From the NCBI GenBank assembly GCA_043228905.1, contig JBHGNT010000010.1:20894001-20958000 (forward strand): a DNA stretch of 64,000 bases, written 5' to 3'. Source of the stretch: Azolla caroliniana. Taxonomy: Eukaryota; Plantae; Polypodiophyta. Numbering within the stretch: position 1 is the stretch's first letter; every line of letters starts with the position of its first letter. Made by a program: the position numbers and the translations under genes. The notes beneath the pieces are model-generated. The model did no database searches and was not told the origin of the DNA. It saw nothing but the letters and a program-made list of their open reading frames with translations. Positions 1-13,039 of this stretch are shown piece by piece.

Positions 1-1555
1 GTCTACGATAGAGTCGTGGAACTCCTTCTTGGCGATCTCGAGCACTTCCCTCAGCGACAACTCCACTTTGTTGTCGAGGATACGTTCCTCCAAGACCTTT
101 CGCAGGTATGTGGTCCTTTCGATTTCGGTGCTCAACCGAAACCCCGCCTGCTTCTTTCCGTCCGGCGCACCTGGGTTGCCGGCACTGGTCGGTTTCGGTC
201 CAAACCGGGTCTCATACCTCTGCGGGGGACCCACCCCCCCCGGCCTTTCCTGCCCGTTTGTCTTCCACCAGAACCTCATAGTTCTGGCAAGCGGCTTCTA
301 CGAAGCCCGTTTTCTCTTCGACCAGATTGTCCCATCTGGTGACCTCTTGGACCCGTTGTTCCGCACGGTCCACCTCTTCCTTCTTCAGCTGGACTCCGGA
401 GAAGCCTTCTAGCACTAGCGGCTAGAATCCGGAGTCCTTCACCTTTCAGGACTCGTTTCCCCCGACCCGAATTCCCGCCGACACTGAGTAGTTAACGGCT
501 TCAATGTGCCGTGCCGCGGCCTCTTCCATCAACCTCTTCATTCCGCCGCGCCCTGTATTTAGTTCTAGGGCTCTCCGGGTCTCGCTCGCGTGCACCCGCC
601 CGTTCCAGAGGTACACCACGTTGGTCCTGAGCGCGTCGTCGAAATCCGTGCAATCCTTCCGAATGTGACCGATCGCGTCACACCACATGCACCGCTGCCC
701 AGCCGGCGGCCTCTGGTCGCGAGGTTGTTTGCCGTTGTCTCTCCGGGCCTGTGCGATCTGCAGGTCGTGCACCATCTGTGTCAGCTCCTCCAAAGCCGCT
801 CCTCCGGATGGGCCTCTAACCACGTCATTCAATGCCGACCCCGACTCTAGCCAGATTCTGGTCTCTTCCTTCCTACTGGCTGGCACCGATACCGGCTCCT
901 CGACCCTCCTCCCCGGGACCGGCCCTGACCCCGACGAGCTTCCGTTGCTCCAATCGCGCCGTTTGTCGAAACGGTTGTAGACCCGTTTTACCACGGCCTA
1001 GTCTGCCGTGAGCCCTTCGTCCGTTTCCAATAGGGGACCCACCTTTTCCCTGTCGAGCGCATCCACCGACTTGACAAACAGTAGTACTCAACTCGTTTCG
1101 AGCACGGTCCGGTCCAATGTCGACAGCCGCGCGAACCGTTTTTCGAACTCCTGGAAGAGCGCCGACGTGTTCCTCCCTTTTCTGGGGCTTTCCACCCACG
1201 CCATGAAGTTCCGCCTCGACAATCGAAGCGAGTTGTCAAACCCGCACTGCTCAAGGAGCTGCAGCTCGAACTCCTCCCAAGTCTAGCATCCGGCCAACAC
1301 CTCAAGCACCTCCGCATGGATGCTCAGCGTCACCACCCGAAGGAATCCGGACAGCCGCTTGTCCACCGGGATATTCCTCATGATCATTTCGGCTCGATAA
1401 GCCTCCAAATAACTTGTGGCGTCTTTCCCTCCGAACCGACCTATAGTGCTGACGATCGATTCGATGGCTCTGTCGAGGGTACCCGTCCCCTCGCGAGCGC
1501 TTACCAGCCGGTCGACGGCTACCGCCATTGCCTCTGCTAGCTTCGATCCCCTCAT
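1..1555 (-). pseudogene. gag: gag of E1, disrupted by in-frame stops
   Basis: ORF pieces 1283-1660, 446-994 and 212-415 align in order to the 708-aa ORF at 36365-38491. Confidence 0.85.
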
Positions 1556-1578
1556 CTTGCGACTCCTTTGCCGCCTTT

Positions 1579-1595
1579 TCACGTCGGGTTCACCA
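1579..1595 (-). promoter_or_regulatory. Primer-binding site complementary to tRNA-Trp
   Basis: TGGTGAACCCGACGTGA is the reverse complement of the plant tRNA-Trp 3' end (TCACGTCGGGTTCA+CCA); it lies next to the LTR end. Confidence 0.85.
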
Positions 1596-1600
1596 AATAA

Positions 1601-2253
1601 TGTCGCGTTGTTATGCGCGCGCGTGTAGAAAGAGGCGGGACCACGGGGGTCTCGGACCAAGGAGAGAGAGAGAGAGATGCAAGTACACAGAGAGAGATTA
1701 AGAGCAAGGAAAACAGGAGTCTGATTACTATAGTCAATAGCTTACAACCGACAACCTGGTAAAGGACCCGACACGGGGTCCTACTCACGCACACCGATGA
1801 CAGTCACACGACTCGAAGAAACAAAAGGGGAAAGGGGGAAGGGGAGAGACTCTGCTGGAAGCACACAGGCTGTCCACGAAGCAGAGGCAGCGAAATCCCG
1901 ACACCTGCGGAGAACGACGATCGGAGGAGAGAGAGAGCTCGGCACTCGGTTCTGTAGGAGCACTTCGTCCTCGCCAACGTGCGATCCCCTTTCCTCCTTC
2001 TCTCTTCTCCTTAAATAGTTCCCCAAAAGGGGGTGCCTCTTTTCCCTAGTCAACCCGCTTTATTCCCTGTCCCTTTCGACAGAGATATGCACAATCCCTC
2101 AATAAATGTGTACTACTTAGTATTTACATCAGCCGATCCATTTATGAATCATGTACAAAATATCAAAATATCAATTCATGTGCCCATCCATGTAAGAGCC
2201 GGTTCATGCGCCTTTTTCTCTGATTCCGCCTATGCCCGGTTTTATTCACGACA
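1601..2253 (-). repeat. 5' LTR of E1
   Basis: TG...CA termini shared with the other family LTRs; adjacent PBS. Confidence 0.85.
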
Positions 2254-3119
2254 ACACACTCTCGGATGAAGTGATAGTGCACTTCGATGTGCTTTGTCCG
2301 CGCGTGGAACACCGAGTTCTGAGCCAGATAGATACTGCCCATGTTTTCGCAGTAAAGGGAAGTTGGATCCTTGATGGGTACACCCAGATCCTTGAGTATC
2401 CTTTTGAGCCATACGACTTCACATGCGGCCACTGCCGCGCCCTTATATTCCGCCTCTGTGCTCGAAAGAGTGACGATTGGTTGCTTTTTTCTGCTCTAGG
2501 ATATTGCTCCGCTGCCGAGGAAGAAAACAAATCCGGAGGTTGATCTTCTATCGGCTTTGTAGCCGGCCCAATCGGCGTCTGTGTACCCCTCGAGTTGTAT
2601 TGGCATTGCGGTCTTGTAGAGGATGCCGCAATCCATTGTGCCGCTCACGTATCGTAGAACTCGCTTAGCGCATTCCAAGTGAGTATCACACGGTGTTTGC
2701 ATGAATTGGCTAAGGAGACTGACTGGATAACTAAGATTGGGTCGAGTGATCGTGAGGTAGATGAGACTCCCGATGAGTTGCCGATATTGAGTCGGCTCAC
2801 ACCCTTTGGTGTTGGAGTTTGCATCCAGTTTGAGATTGCGATCGAGTGGGGTTGCCGCGGATTTGCACTCAACCATCCCGAACTTGTATAACAAGTTGAG
2901 GATGTAGTGCCGTTGAGAGATCATAATTTCGGGTTGAGTCCGAATTACCTCGATGCCGAGGAAGTAGTGGAGGTCCTTCATGTCCGTCATCTCGAACTTG
3001 TCGGAAATGAGGGATTTGACCTTATTGATTTCGACGAGATGCTCATCTCCAATGACTAGGTCATCCACATATAAGATGATGACGATTGGACTTGCGGAAT
3101 CGCTTTGTATGTAGAGGGA
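2254..3119 (-). pseudogene. Ty1/Copia RT-RNase H fragment (element L)
   Basis: LYVDDL, YRQLIGSLIYL, YTDADWAG, RRSTSG and FHARTKHIEVHYHF motifs; frameshifted; left end cut by E1, right end fused to a truncated LTR. Confidence 0.9.
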
Positions 3120-3356
3120 GTTGTGGGCCAGAAGTTGTTGGCTTTGTGCTCCCTGTTGTATTACTTTATAGAGTGATAGTTTGGAGTCTGTGGACTCCCG
3201 TGGTTTTTCCCACTCAGGGTTTTCCACGAGAATATCCTGTGTATACTCTTTCTGTTTTGTCGACTTACCTCCATTCCATTTTGTCTGTGTTTTGATTGTC
3301 ATCAAGTGATCTACGCTTCGGTTGTGGCCGGAGATTAATCCACGCATTTCTCGTCA
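3120..3356 (+). repeat. 5' LTR of Copia F (3' portion only)
   Basis: Matches ~22830-23066; ends TTTCTCGTCA before the PBS. Confidence 0.85.
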
Positions 3357-3391
3357 ATCTGGTATCAAAGCGAAACGACACAGAAAAAGAA

Positions 3392-5028
3392 ATGGACGAT
3401 TCGTTGGGAGGCATGTTCAAGCTCACCGGCTCCAACTATTCAGTGTGGAAGTCGAAGATGAGGGACATGCTCGTGGTTAAAGATCTTTGGTTGCCGGTTC
3501 AGTTCGGGGACAAGAGACCAGACAAAATCGATGACACGATATGGGAGGTGATGCACATGAAGACAACGCCGTACATACGGTGCTTCATCGACATGAATCT
3601 ATACAACAACTTCAATGAAGAGAGCAAGGCTCATGAGCTCTGGGAGAAGATTGGCATTATGTTTCAGAACAAAAATGTTGTTAATCAGGTTTCGGTTTTT
3701 CGGAAGCTAGTAAGACTCCGGTACCAAGATGGCTCCAACATGGCGGAGCACATGAATGCCTTCTAGGGGCTGATCCACCAGGCAACATCATTGGAAGTAC
3801 CTCTTGCTGATGAGGTACTAGCACTACTCCTGCTCTGTTCCCTCCCAGATAGCTGGGGGACGTTGGTTGTCACTTTGGGCAACGCCGGGCCGGAAGGGAA
3901 ACGATTATCCCCGGCAAGAGTGAAGTCGAGCTTGCTAGATGAGGAGGCGCGTCAGAAAGACAAGGATACGAAATCCGACTCCAAAGTGCTCATTACCGAA
4001 TCGGAACGCGGAAGACAAAGGAACCGTAGTCCCCAGAACCGGGAGAAGTCGGGGACACGGTCAAAGTCAAGGGGGAGGCCTACTTGCTTCTATTGCGGCA
4101 AGCCGAGACACTTCCAGAAGAACTGTCGGCACTTCCGAAAAGACAAGGAAACCGATGGTACCGATTCGAAGCGGACACCGGATTGGAACGGTAAAGACCA
4201 GAGGGGAACGGACCGGAAGGGAACGATGGCAATCACGACAAGTGAAGAAGAGTTGATGCTCATCACCGAGGAGAGTGAGCTAAACCTTGGGTGGTCGACT
4301 TCGGAGCGTCGTTCCACCTTACCTCGGACCGGAAATGCTTCTCATCCTACTCAGCCGGTGATCATGGATGTGTCCGGATGGGGAATGAAGGTACATGCCG
4401 AATTGTCGGCATAGGAGACGTGTGGTTGACAAGACCAACCACACGTCTCCTATGCCGACAATATCACACGTGTGGCTGATATTAGATGCAAGCTGCTGCT
4501 GAAGGATTTCCGACACGTTCCGGAGGTTCGTCTGAACCTGATATCAGCCGATTGGCTAGATGATGAAGGCTACACGGGTAGCATCCGAAAGGGTGTTATG
4601 AAGTTTAGCAAAGGGAGCTTGATTGTGACTCGGGCTCGGAAGGTCAACACGTTGTACCTGATGAATGCCCGGTTATGCCCGGAAGAAGTGAACGTGGCAT
4701 CCGACACTGCCAGTGAGCTGTGGCACAAGAGGTTGTGTCACATGAGCGAGAAGGGGATGAAGAGGCTTGCAGACGACAACCTCATTCCAGTGAAGAACGT
4801 GCACTTGGAGAAGTGCACTGATTGTCTGGCCGGTAAACAAAACCAGACCTCCTTCCAATCGAGGCCACCGATGAGACGTAATGCACCACTGGAGTTGGTG
4901 CATACTGATGTATGTCAAGTGGACACGAAGTCACATGCCGGATCGCAGTACTTCGTGACGTTCATAGATGACCACAACCGGAAGTTGTGGGCCACACCGT
5001 TGAAGACGAAGGATTAGGTGCTATCCGC
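3392..5028 (+). pseudogene. Copia F gag / protease / integrase N-terminal part
   Basis: KLTGSNYSVWK, CFYCGKPRHFQKNC, VDFGASFH, LWHKRLCH, CTDC, LELVHTDVC motifs; stops and frameshifts. Confidence 0.9.
4402..4462. repeat. Perfect 27-bp inverted repeat with 7-nt loop
   Basis: ATTGTCGGCATAGGAGACGTGTGGTTG (4402-4428) / CAACCACACGTCTCCTATGCCGACAAT (4436-4462). Confidence 0.9.
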
Positions 5029-5730
5029 TGTCGTGAAGAAAACCGTCCCTAGGCGGAAACCGAGTTTAGCGTGTGTAAACCGGCCCTTACACGCGAGCAC
5101 ACTTTTTGTTGTATAGTAAGTAGGTAGGTACAAGTCGGCTGAGGTGAAATCCTAGGTAGCACACATTCAATAGGGAGAGAATCGAGGTGTATCTCTGTCT
5201 GAAAGGACAGAGAATTAATGTGTTGTAACGGATGATAACGGTCTCCCTCCTTGGGCTATAAAAGAGAGGGAGAGGAATGGAAAAGGGATCGCGGGTTAGA
5301 GAGGACGAAGTGCTACCGGACTGGGACCGAGCCCTTCTCCTCTGCCACTCTCCATAGCCATTTTGTGCAGGTTTTCGGGAGGCTGACTCTGCTCCGTGGA
5401 ACGCCCGTGTGCTTCCGGCGAGGCCTTCCATCTCGTTCTTCTATGTGTGAGTAAACAGGCGTCGGTGTTCGCCTTGCCGGCCTGTTAGTTGTAACCATCT
5501 TGACATATATATATATATATATATATTTATACACATACGTGTTCATATACTCGGACTGCTAGTCGTCTCGTTTTGCTGTGTTGTTGGACTGTGATTCCTG
5601 TGTGCTCCCGTGTCTGTGCGTGTGCAAGTGCGTCCGTTGCCTTTCCGTTCTCCTCCTTCTCAGCTATTTCTTGGTCCAAGACCCCGGTGGTTCCGCCTCG
5701 TTCTCCACGCACGCGCGTAACAATGCGACA
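5029..5730 (+). repeat. 5' LTR of G
   Basis: TGTCGTGAAGAAAACC...GCGACA; contains CTATAAAAG and (TA)n; matches ~8945-9067 plus 19910-20461. Confidence 0.9.
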
Positions 5731-5779
5731 TATTTGGTGAACCCACCCGACGTGAAACAGACGGAAGAGGAATAGAAAG

Positions 5780-8700
5780 ATGAGGGTGTCGGATCTCGCG
5801 GAAGCCATGGCTTCAGTTGTGGATCGGATAGTGAGTGCGCGCGAAGGGCTATTGAAGCGGTCGTCGGCACGATAGGCCGGTTCGGTGGGAAGGATGCCAC
5901 GAGCTATTTGGAGGCCTACCGGGCCGAGATGGTAATGAGAGACATTCCAGAAGAAAGGCGACTGACCGGATTCCCTCGGGTGGCGATGCCGGGCATCCAT
6001 GCGGAGGTGCTCGGGCATGCGGAGTCCTCGGCCCTGGAGAGGAAATCAACGGAGCCGTGGAGGCGGTCTCTTTCGACGACACCTTGGGATAGTTACGAGA
6101 GGTGGTCGGAGGAGGCCTTAAAAAGGACCGGACGATTCCGGTATGTTCGGAAGGGATGTATGAAGTCATCGCCGACTTCTGTAACGGGCTCGAGTCGGAT
6201 CGGACGACCTGGGTGAACACAAAATACAAGATTGTGGACCGGAAGGTGAGGCCAGTAGCGGCACCCTTGCCGAAGGGCAGTGAGTTATGAGTAAAGGGGG
6301 GTGCGTCAGACCTGAGTTTGCGAGATCCGGCCAACATAGGACACACGTTCATCGATATAATGCTACGAGAGCTCAAGATCGGTGGGGTTGGCTTTCTACT
6401 GCCAGCAGAAGAGGACCGGTTTCGGAGAATGCTCGGGAGGCACGGGAAGGCTTTCGCATTCTCACCGGAGGAGATCGGGTGCGTAGACCCGACAGTTGTG
6501 GAACCGATGGTGATCTTCACGGTACCGCATGTGCCGTGGAACCTCAAACCGATTCCGGTGCCAAGAGCTCACATCCCGAAGTTGATGGAGCTTTTGAAGC
6601 AAAAGGTGGAGATGGGCATCCTCGCACCGTCGAGTGCCCCGTATTCGAATCGGTGGTTTACGGTGCCAAAGAAGAACGGCATGCTGCGCTTCATTCAAGA
6701 CCTGCAACCGGTCAACAAGGTGACCATTCGGAACGCAGGAATCTGACCGACCATAGACGAGTTTGCGGAGGCCTTCGCCGGAAGGTCGATAGACTCTGTT
6801 GGTGATCTGTACTCGGGGTACGATCAGTTCCAACTAGCCGTGGAGAGCAGAGACATTAAGACGATGCGGACTCCTCTCGGCCTAGTACGGATGTGTACCC
6901 TACCACAATGCGGGACGAATTCGGTGGCGCATATGGTGAACACAATGAACAAGGTGCTGAGGGACTGCATCCCGGACATCACCATGCCATTCTTGGATGA
7001 CACCCCGATAAAGGGGTGTCTGGTGGGAGATGCGGACGAGACTGTCGGGCCGGGCAGATGCCGGAGGTTCATCATGAACCACATCAACGACTGCGAGAAG
7101 GTGCTGCAGAGGCTTGAGAGCGCGCGACTCACGTTATCCGGAGAAAAATCGGCGTTCGGCAGTCAGAGATCTTGGTGGTCGGACACCTGTGCGGGCCTTA
7201 CGGTAGGAAACCGTCTCTGGCAAAGGTAGAAGCCATCTCCGCGATGAAGGACGACTGCGGGTCGGTTACGGAGGTCCGCAGATTCTTGGGGGCGTGCGCG
7301 TTCTACCAAATCTGGATTCCGCACTACGCGCATGTTGCGGAGCCGCTCTATGGGCTATTGAAGAAAGGGCATAGGTTCGAGTAGAGGACGGAGCACACAG
7401 AGTCGGTCCGGAGACTAAAGGAGGTGCTTACGGTAGCACCAGCTCTCCGTAAAGCGGCTTACGACAAGGGCATCCCCATCTACGTGACGGTGGACACGAG
7501 CCCAACCGGGATCAGGTGGGTGATCAACCAAGAGGATGACGTCGGCACGAGGTTCCCCATCCGGTTCGGCGCGAAGGTCCTCAGTGAGTGACAGCGAGGA
7601 TACGCCCAGGTTAAACGTGAACTTTGGGGTATCGTTTCGGCGGTGAAGGCCGATAAAGACTACATGATCGGGACAGAGGTAATAATCGAGACGGATTGCC
7701 TGCCGATTCTCAGCATGGTTTCCGGATGCGCGACGCCGGACCTAGCAATGCGCACGAAAGGGGATAGCGTACAGTCCCGACCACCAGTACTTCCCCTTTA
7801 GCTTGATGCTCAGGTGGATAGCTAAAGGGGAAGTACTGGTGGCCGGGACTGTACTGGGATGTGCATCGGTTCGCGATGACTTGCGAAAGTTGTCAGATGC
7901 ACTCCATAGTCTGACACCGGGACGAGCTTAACCCGACCTACCATCCGACCATCCACTTCAAATGGATGGTGGATTTGGTGACTATGCCGATGGGGGTAGG
8001 ACAAATGCGGTATCTGGTGCTGGCTTGGGAGGATCTGACGAACTAGGTTGAAGGCCGAGCACTGCAGAACAAAACGACTGTGGTTGTGTGCCAGCTTCTG
8101 ATTGAGGACATGATATGTCGGTACGGGAGTGTAGGAAAGATCGTGGCTGACGGCGGAGAGTTGGATGCGCAAGAGGCTGAAGAGTTGTTTGACCGACTAG
8201 GGGTCAAACTCTCGCTCACCACAACGTACAATCCGGAGGCTAACGGGAAGGTGGAGCACGGACACGGGCCAATCGTCAAACCGCTAATACGGGCGTGTGA
8301 AGGCCAAGTCGGGAATTGGCCGCGATTGCTACCTTATGCCTTGTGGGCGGACCAAACTACGCACAGTTCGATAACCGGGTTCATGCCGACAGAGCTTATG
8401 TACGGACAAAGGCCGATCATGCCAATATAGCGAACAATCTCCTCATGGGCCACGGTGGACTGGAGAGATGAGATGAGCCGGGAGGAGCTGCTAGCGGCAC
8501 GGATTCGACAGCTCGAGCGAAGACCGGAGGACGTGGAACGAGCCGCGAAGAAGCTTTGGTTGGCAAGGTTGAAGAACAAAGGGCGGTTTCACCGGACTAA
8601 CCGATTGCGACCGAAGAAAATCGAGGAAGGCGACTGGGTCCTAGGTGGTTCGGGCCTTACGTGGTGACAGGCGCCAACGACAACGAGACCTACCATCTTG

Positions 8701-8851
8701 CAGAGCTCGACGGTACGAGGATGGCAATACCGGTAGCGGGGAAGAGGGTCAAAGCGTTTAAGAAATGACACGAGTGCGAGCCGGATCTGGAAAGCATGGA
8801 CGACGACGACAGGCGGTCCGAGGCAGATGACAATCCGGAAGACGAGGAGTA
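5780..8851 (+). pseudogene. pol: G gag-pol remnant
   Basis: KYKIVDRKVRPV, DLYSGYDQF, PFLDD, RNase H and integrase (IVADGGE, NGKVE) segments with many stops and two large deletions. Confidence 0.85.
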
Positions 8852-9067
8852 AAGCATGGACCGGTTTTCTCTAGCAAGAGCCCAATTTTTGCGCATACCG
8901 GTGGATGCGCGGTTAGGTGGGGGCGGATCCACCGGTATGCGCATACCGTCCCAAGGCGGAAACCGAGTTTAGCGTGTGTAAACCGGCCCTTACACGCGAG
9001 CACACTTTTCGTTGTATAGTAAGTAGGTAGGTACAAGTCGGCTGAGGTGAAATCCTAGGTAGCACGC

Positions 9068-12000
9068 TGTCGCGTTACTACGCGCGTGCGTGGAGAAACG
9101 AGGCGGGACCACCGGGGTCTTGAACCGAAGAGTAGGTGATAGGAGGAGGGAAGAGAAAGAGAGGGACGACCGGTTACGTATGAGCAAAGAAACACAGGGA
9201 CACGGCCCGTCAACGCAGAAAACACGAATGGACACAGAGGCAGAGAGACACGAATGTTTGTATATTAACAAATGACACAAAACAACAGAGCACGCGAGCG
9301 GTTACAACCGAACAGGTCGGCGAACAGATGCCGACGCCTGCTCGTCTACGCACGAAAGGGTATAGGATGGAGGTGCTGCCGGAAGCATACAGGCGTTTCT
9401 CGAAGCAGCGCGAGCCTCCTGAAAACTTGCAGAGAAGAGCGATGGAGAATGAACAGAGGAGAAGTGAGCTCTCGGTACCGGAATTGGTTTGAGATTCCAC
9501 GGCACATGCGGTATCGTGAATATCACCATCGGTTTCACGACTGTCGGGTCTACGCACACGATCTCTTCCGGTGAGAATGCGAAGGCTTTCCCGTGCCTTC
9601 CGAGCATTCTCCGAAACTGGTCTTCTTCTGTCGGCAGTAGAAAACCGCCCCCACCGATTTTTAGCTCCCGTAGTGTTCTGTCGGTGAAGATGTGTCCTAT
9701 GCAGGCCGGATCTCGTAAACTGGGGTCCGACGTGACCCCCTTGATTCGCAACTCGCTGCCCTCCGGTAAGGGTGCCGCGACTAGCCTTACCTTCCGGTCC
9801 ACAGTCTTGTACTTCGTGTTAACCCGGGCCACCCGATCCGACTCGAGCCCCCGACTGAAGTCCGCGATGACTTCGTACATCTCTTCTGAACAAACCGGTA
9901 TCGTCCGGTCCTCTTTAAGGCCTTCTCCGACCACCTCTCGCAGTATTCCCAAGGTATCGTCGAAGGAGACCGCCTCCACGGCTCCGTTGATTTCCTCGCT
10001 GGGACAGAGAACTTTGCACGCCCGAAGTCGCTCTTCCGTCCTTGTCTTTTCTCGGCCAACGACGCCGACTATCGTACACCCTCCGTTGTCGGAGAAACAA
10101 AACTTCCTACTTATGGTACAAGGTTTCTTCGGTTTTGCCTCTATCGTACATTTGTGGGATTTTCCCGGAGTGTCCGGACTGTCGCAGCCCCACGCCTTGA
10201 CAGCCCTCTCTAAAAATCCTCTCGGTTCTCGCCACCGAAGGTCTCGCGGTTTCGCTCGTGGTTCGGTCGCACCGTCAGGAACTGGACCGAATGACGCCCA
10301 TCCTGACTCTTGACCCTCGCGTAAGTCGACCTGTTGTCCAACACCTTGGTCTCCATCCGCGCTACCGTAATGTACGGTTCTCCCAGTATGACAGGGTACG
10401 ACGACGTCTCCTGCACAAAGAAGTGCTGATCTATCTCGACGTCGCCGATCTTGACTCGCACGTTTGCGCATGCCCCGTGTAGTTCCTCGGTGGCGCGCGT
10501 CGCCGCTCGTATCTTCCACCCGTGCTTGGTGTTGATCGGCCATTTCCCCTTCTTGTAGAAGTCCATGGACATCAGGTTTATTTCCAAACCGTGGTCCACC
10601 AGCGCCACCACCGGTTCCTGAACATCTCCGATCTTCACCGGGGTTTCCGTGGTCGCTCGGGCCCAGTGTGGCCTCGAGTAGTGGCTCTCCGCCCACTCGT
10701 CTTCCAACGCCATGTCCTCCATGTGCGTCGTCCGCACCTCCACCGGCCTTTCCGGTTCTGTCTCCGTCGACAGCCTCCTCCTCTTCACCAAGTCTACGAT
10801 GGAGTCGTGGAACTCCTTCTTGGCGATTCCGAGCAACTCCCGCAACGACAGTTCCACCCAACTGTCGAGGATTCGTTCTTCCAGGACATTTCGATCTCCG
10901 TGCCCAACCGGTATCCAACCTTCTTGTGGTTATCCCGGGCATTGTTCTCACCGGCCTCGTTCTGTTTCGGTCTGAATCGGGTTTCGTTCTCTGTGAGGGT
11001 CCGGCCCCTCCGGTTTTACCTACCCGTTAGTCTTGAACCAGAGCCTCGTAGTTCTGGCAAGCTGCTTCGACGAAACCCGTCTTTTCTTCGACCGGGTCAC
11101 TCCACCTGGTTACCTCCTGGACCCGCTTCTCCGCGCGGTCCGCCTCGCCTTTCTTTATTCGGGCACCGGCGAGGCCTTCCATTATCGTCGGCCAGAACCC
11201 GGCTTCACTCTCCTTCCGGGCCTCGCTACCACCGACCCGAATACCGGCCGACACCGAGTAGTGGACGGTCTCCGCGTGCCGGGCCGCCGCCTCTTCCATC
11301 TGCCTTTTCATTCCTCCTCACCCGTCGTTTTGGTTCAGGGCCCTCCGGGTATCGCTGGCGTGCACCCGACCTTCCCACGGGTACACTACCCGGCTTCTCA
11401 AAGCCTCCGCAAAGACCCCGCAGTCTTTCCGGATGTGGCTGACCTCGTCGCACCACATGCACCTATTTCCTGCCGGAGGCCGTCGGTCACGAGCCTGTTC
11501 ACCACCTTCCCTCCGAGCTTGGGCGATCTGGATATCCTTTATCGCCCGTGTCAACTCCTCCAAAGCTACCCCCCCGGACGAGCCTCTGACCACGCCGGTC
11601 GAAGCCGAACTGGTTTCGAGCCACTCCCGGGTCTCTTCCCGTCACGCCTGCGGTATCGGTTCGAGCTTCCTTGCTGCGACAGGACCCTCCCTGGTCGCCC
11701 TGTATCAGCCCACTCCCACCGTTTGTCAAAACGGCCGCAGACTCTTTTTACCGTGGCCCAGTCGGCCGTCAGCCCGTCTTCGATTTCCAGTAAGGAGCCC
11801 ACTTGCTCCCGATCCCGTGCATCAACCAATTTGACAAACAGTAGGACACGACTTGTGTCCAGAACGGTCCGATCGAGCGCCGAAAGGCGCGCAAAGCGAT
11901 CCTCAAACTCCCGGAGGAGTGCCGACGGATTTCTTCCTTTGTCGGGGGACTCCACCCACTCCATGAAGCCCCGCTTCGAAAGTCGAAGCGCGTCATCCAG

Positions 12001-12256
12001 CCCGTATTTCTCCAGAAGCCGTCCTTTGAACTCCTCCCAGGTCCGGCTCTCCGCCCGGACCTCGAGCACCTCCGCATGGATGCCCGACATCTCCACTCGA
12101 GGGAATCCGGCAAGACGCCTCTCTTCCGGAATATCCCTCATCAACAGCTCCGCCCGTTAGGACGCCAAATAACTCGTGGCATTCTTTCCACTGAACCGGC
12201 CGATCATATTGACGATCGTCTCAATAGCCCTGTCAAGGGCGCCAGTGCCCTCGCGC
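9068..12256 (-). mobile_element. Ty3/Gypsy element I (tRNA-Trp family), truncated
   Basis: gag-PR (12256-10210) and start of pol, fused at ~9464 to the 3' part of an LTR (9068-9464). Left TSD ACGC at 9064-9067 matches ACGC at 19906-19909. Confidence 0.85.
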
Positions 12257-12730
12257 TGTCGCGTTGCTACGCGCGTGCGTGGAGAAACGAGGCGGGACCA
12301 TCGGGGTCTCGAACCGAAGAGCAAGTGATAGGAGGGGAAAGAGAAAGAGAGAGACGACCGGTTACGTATGAGCAAAGAAACACAGGGGCACGACCCGTCA
12401 GCGCAGAAAAACACGAATGGACAGAGAGACAGAGAGACACGAATGTTTGTATATTAATAGATGACACCAAAAACAACAGAGCACGCGAGCGGTTACAACC
12501 GAACAGGCTGGCGAACAGATGTCGATGCCTGTTCGTCTGCGCACGAAAGGGGATAGGATGGAGGTGCTGCCGGAAGCACACGGGCGTTCCTCGAAGCAGT
12601 GCGAGCCTCCCGAAAACCTGCAGAGAAGAGCAATAAAGAACAGACAGAGGAGAAGCGTTCGGTTACGGTCCAACAACACTTCGTCCTCCTTAATGCGTGA
12701 TCCCTTCTCCCTGCGTCTCCCTCTCCTTTA

Positions 12731-13007
12731 TGTTGAGAACTCGACGTTCCTTATGTCCGACGCTCGGCCACAACCGAGATTCTTTTCATACACAGAAAAA
12801 CAGGTAATGAAACGCGACACAAAAGAGGAGAAATGGTACACAGGAGGTATACGTGGAAAACCCCAAAATAGGGGAAAAACCACGGCAGCCCACAAGCTGC
12901 AAACTGTCACTATGTAGAAATATACAACAGTGAGATCACTGAGGCAACGACCTCGTGCTCTCAGATCTTCGCCACAGGCGGCGGTTACAACAGAGGCAAC
13001 GACCTCG

Positions 13008-13039
<32 letters not shown>

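Larger units (their letters stand above)
1..2253 (-). mobile_element. Ty3/Gypsy element E1 (tRNA-Trp family), 5' part; continues off the left edge
   Basis: Minus-strand LTR TGTCGTGAAT...CGCGACA at 2253-1601, PBS at 1595-1579, then a gag broken by stops (CMWCDAIGHIRKDC knuckle) homologous to the intact gag at 36365. Inserted in Copia RNase H sequence; flank ACAC at 2254-2257. Confidence 0.9.
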
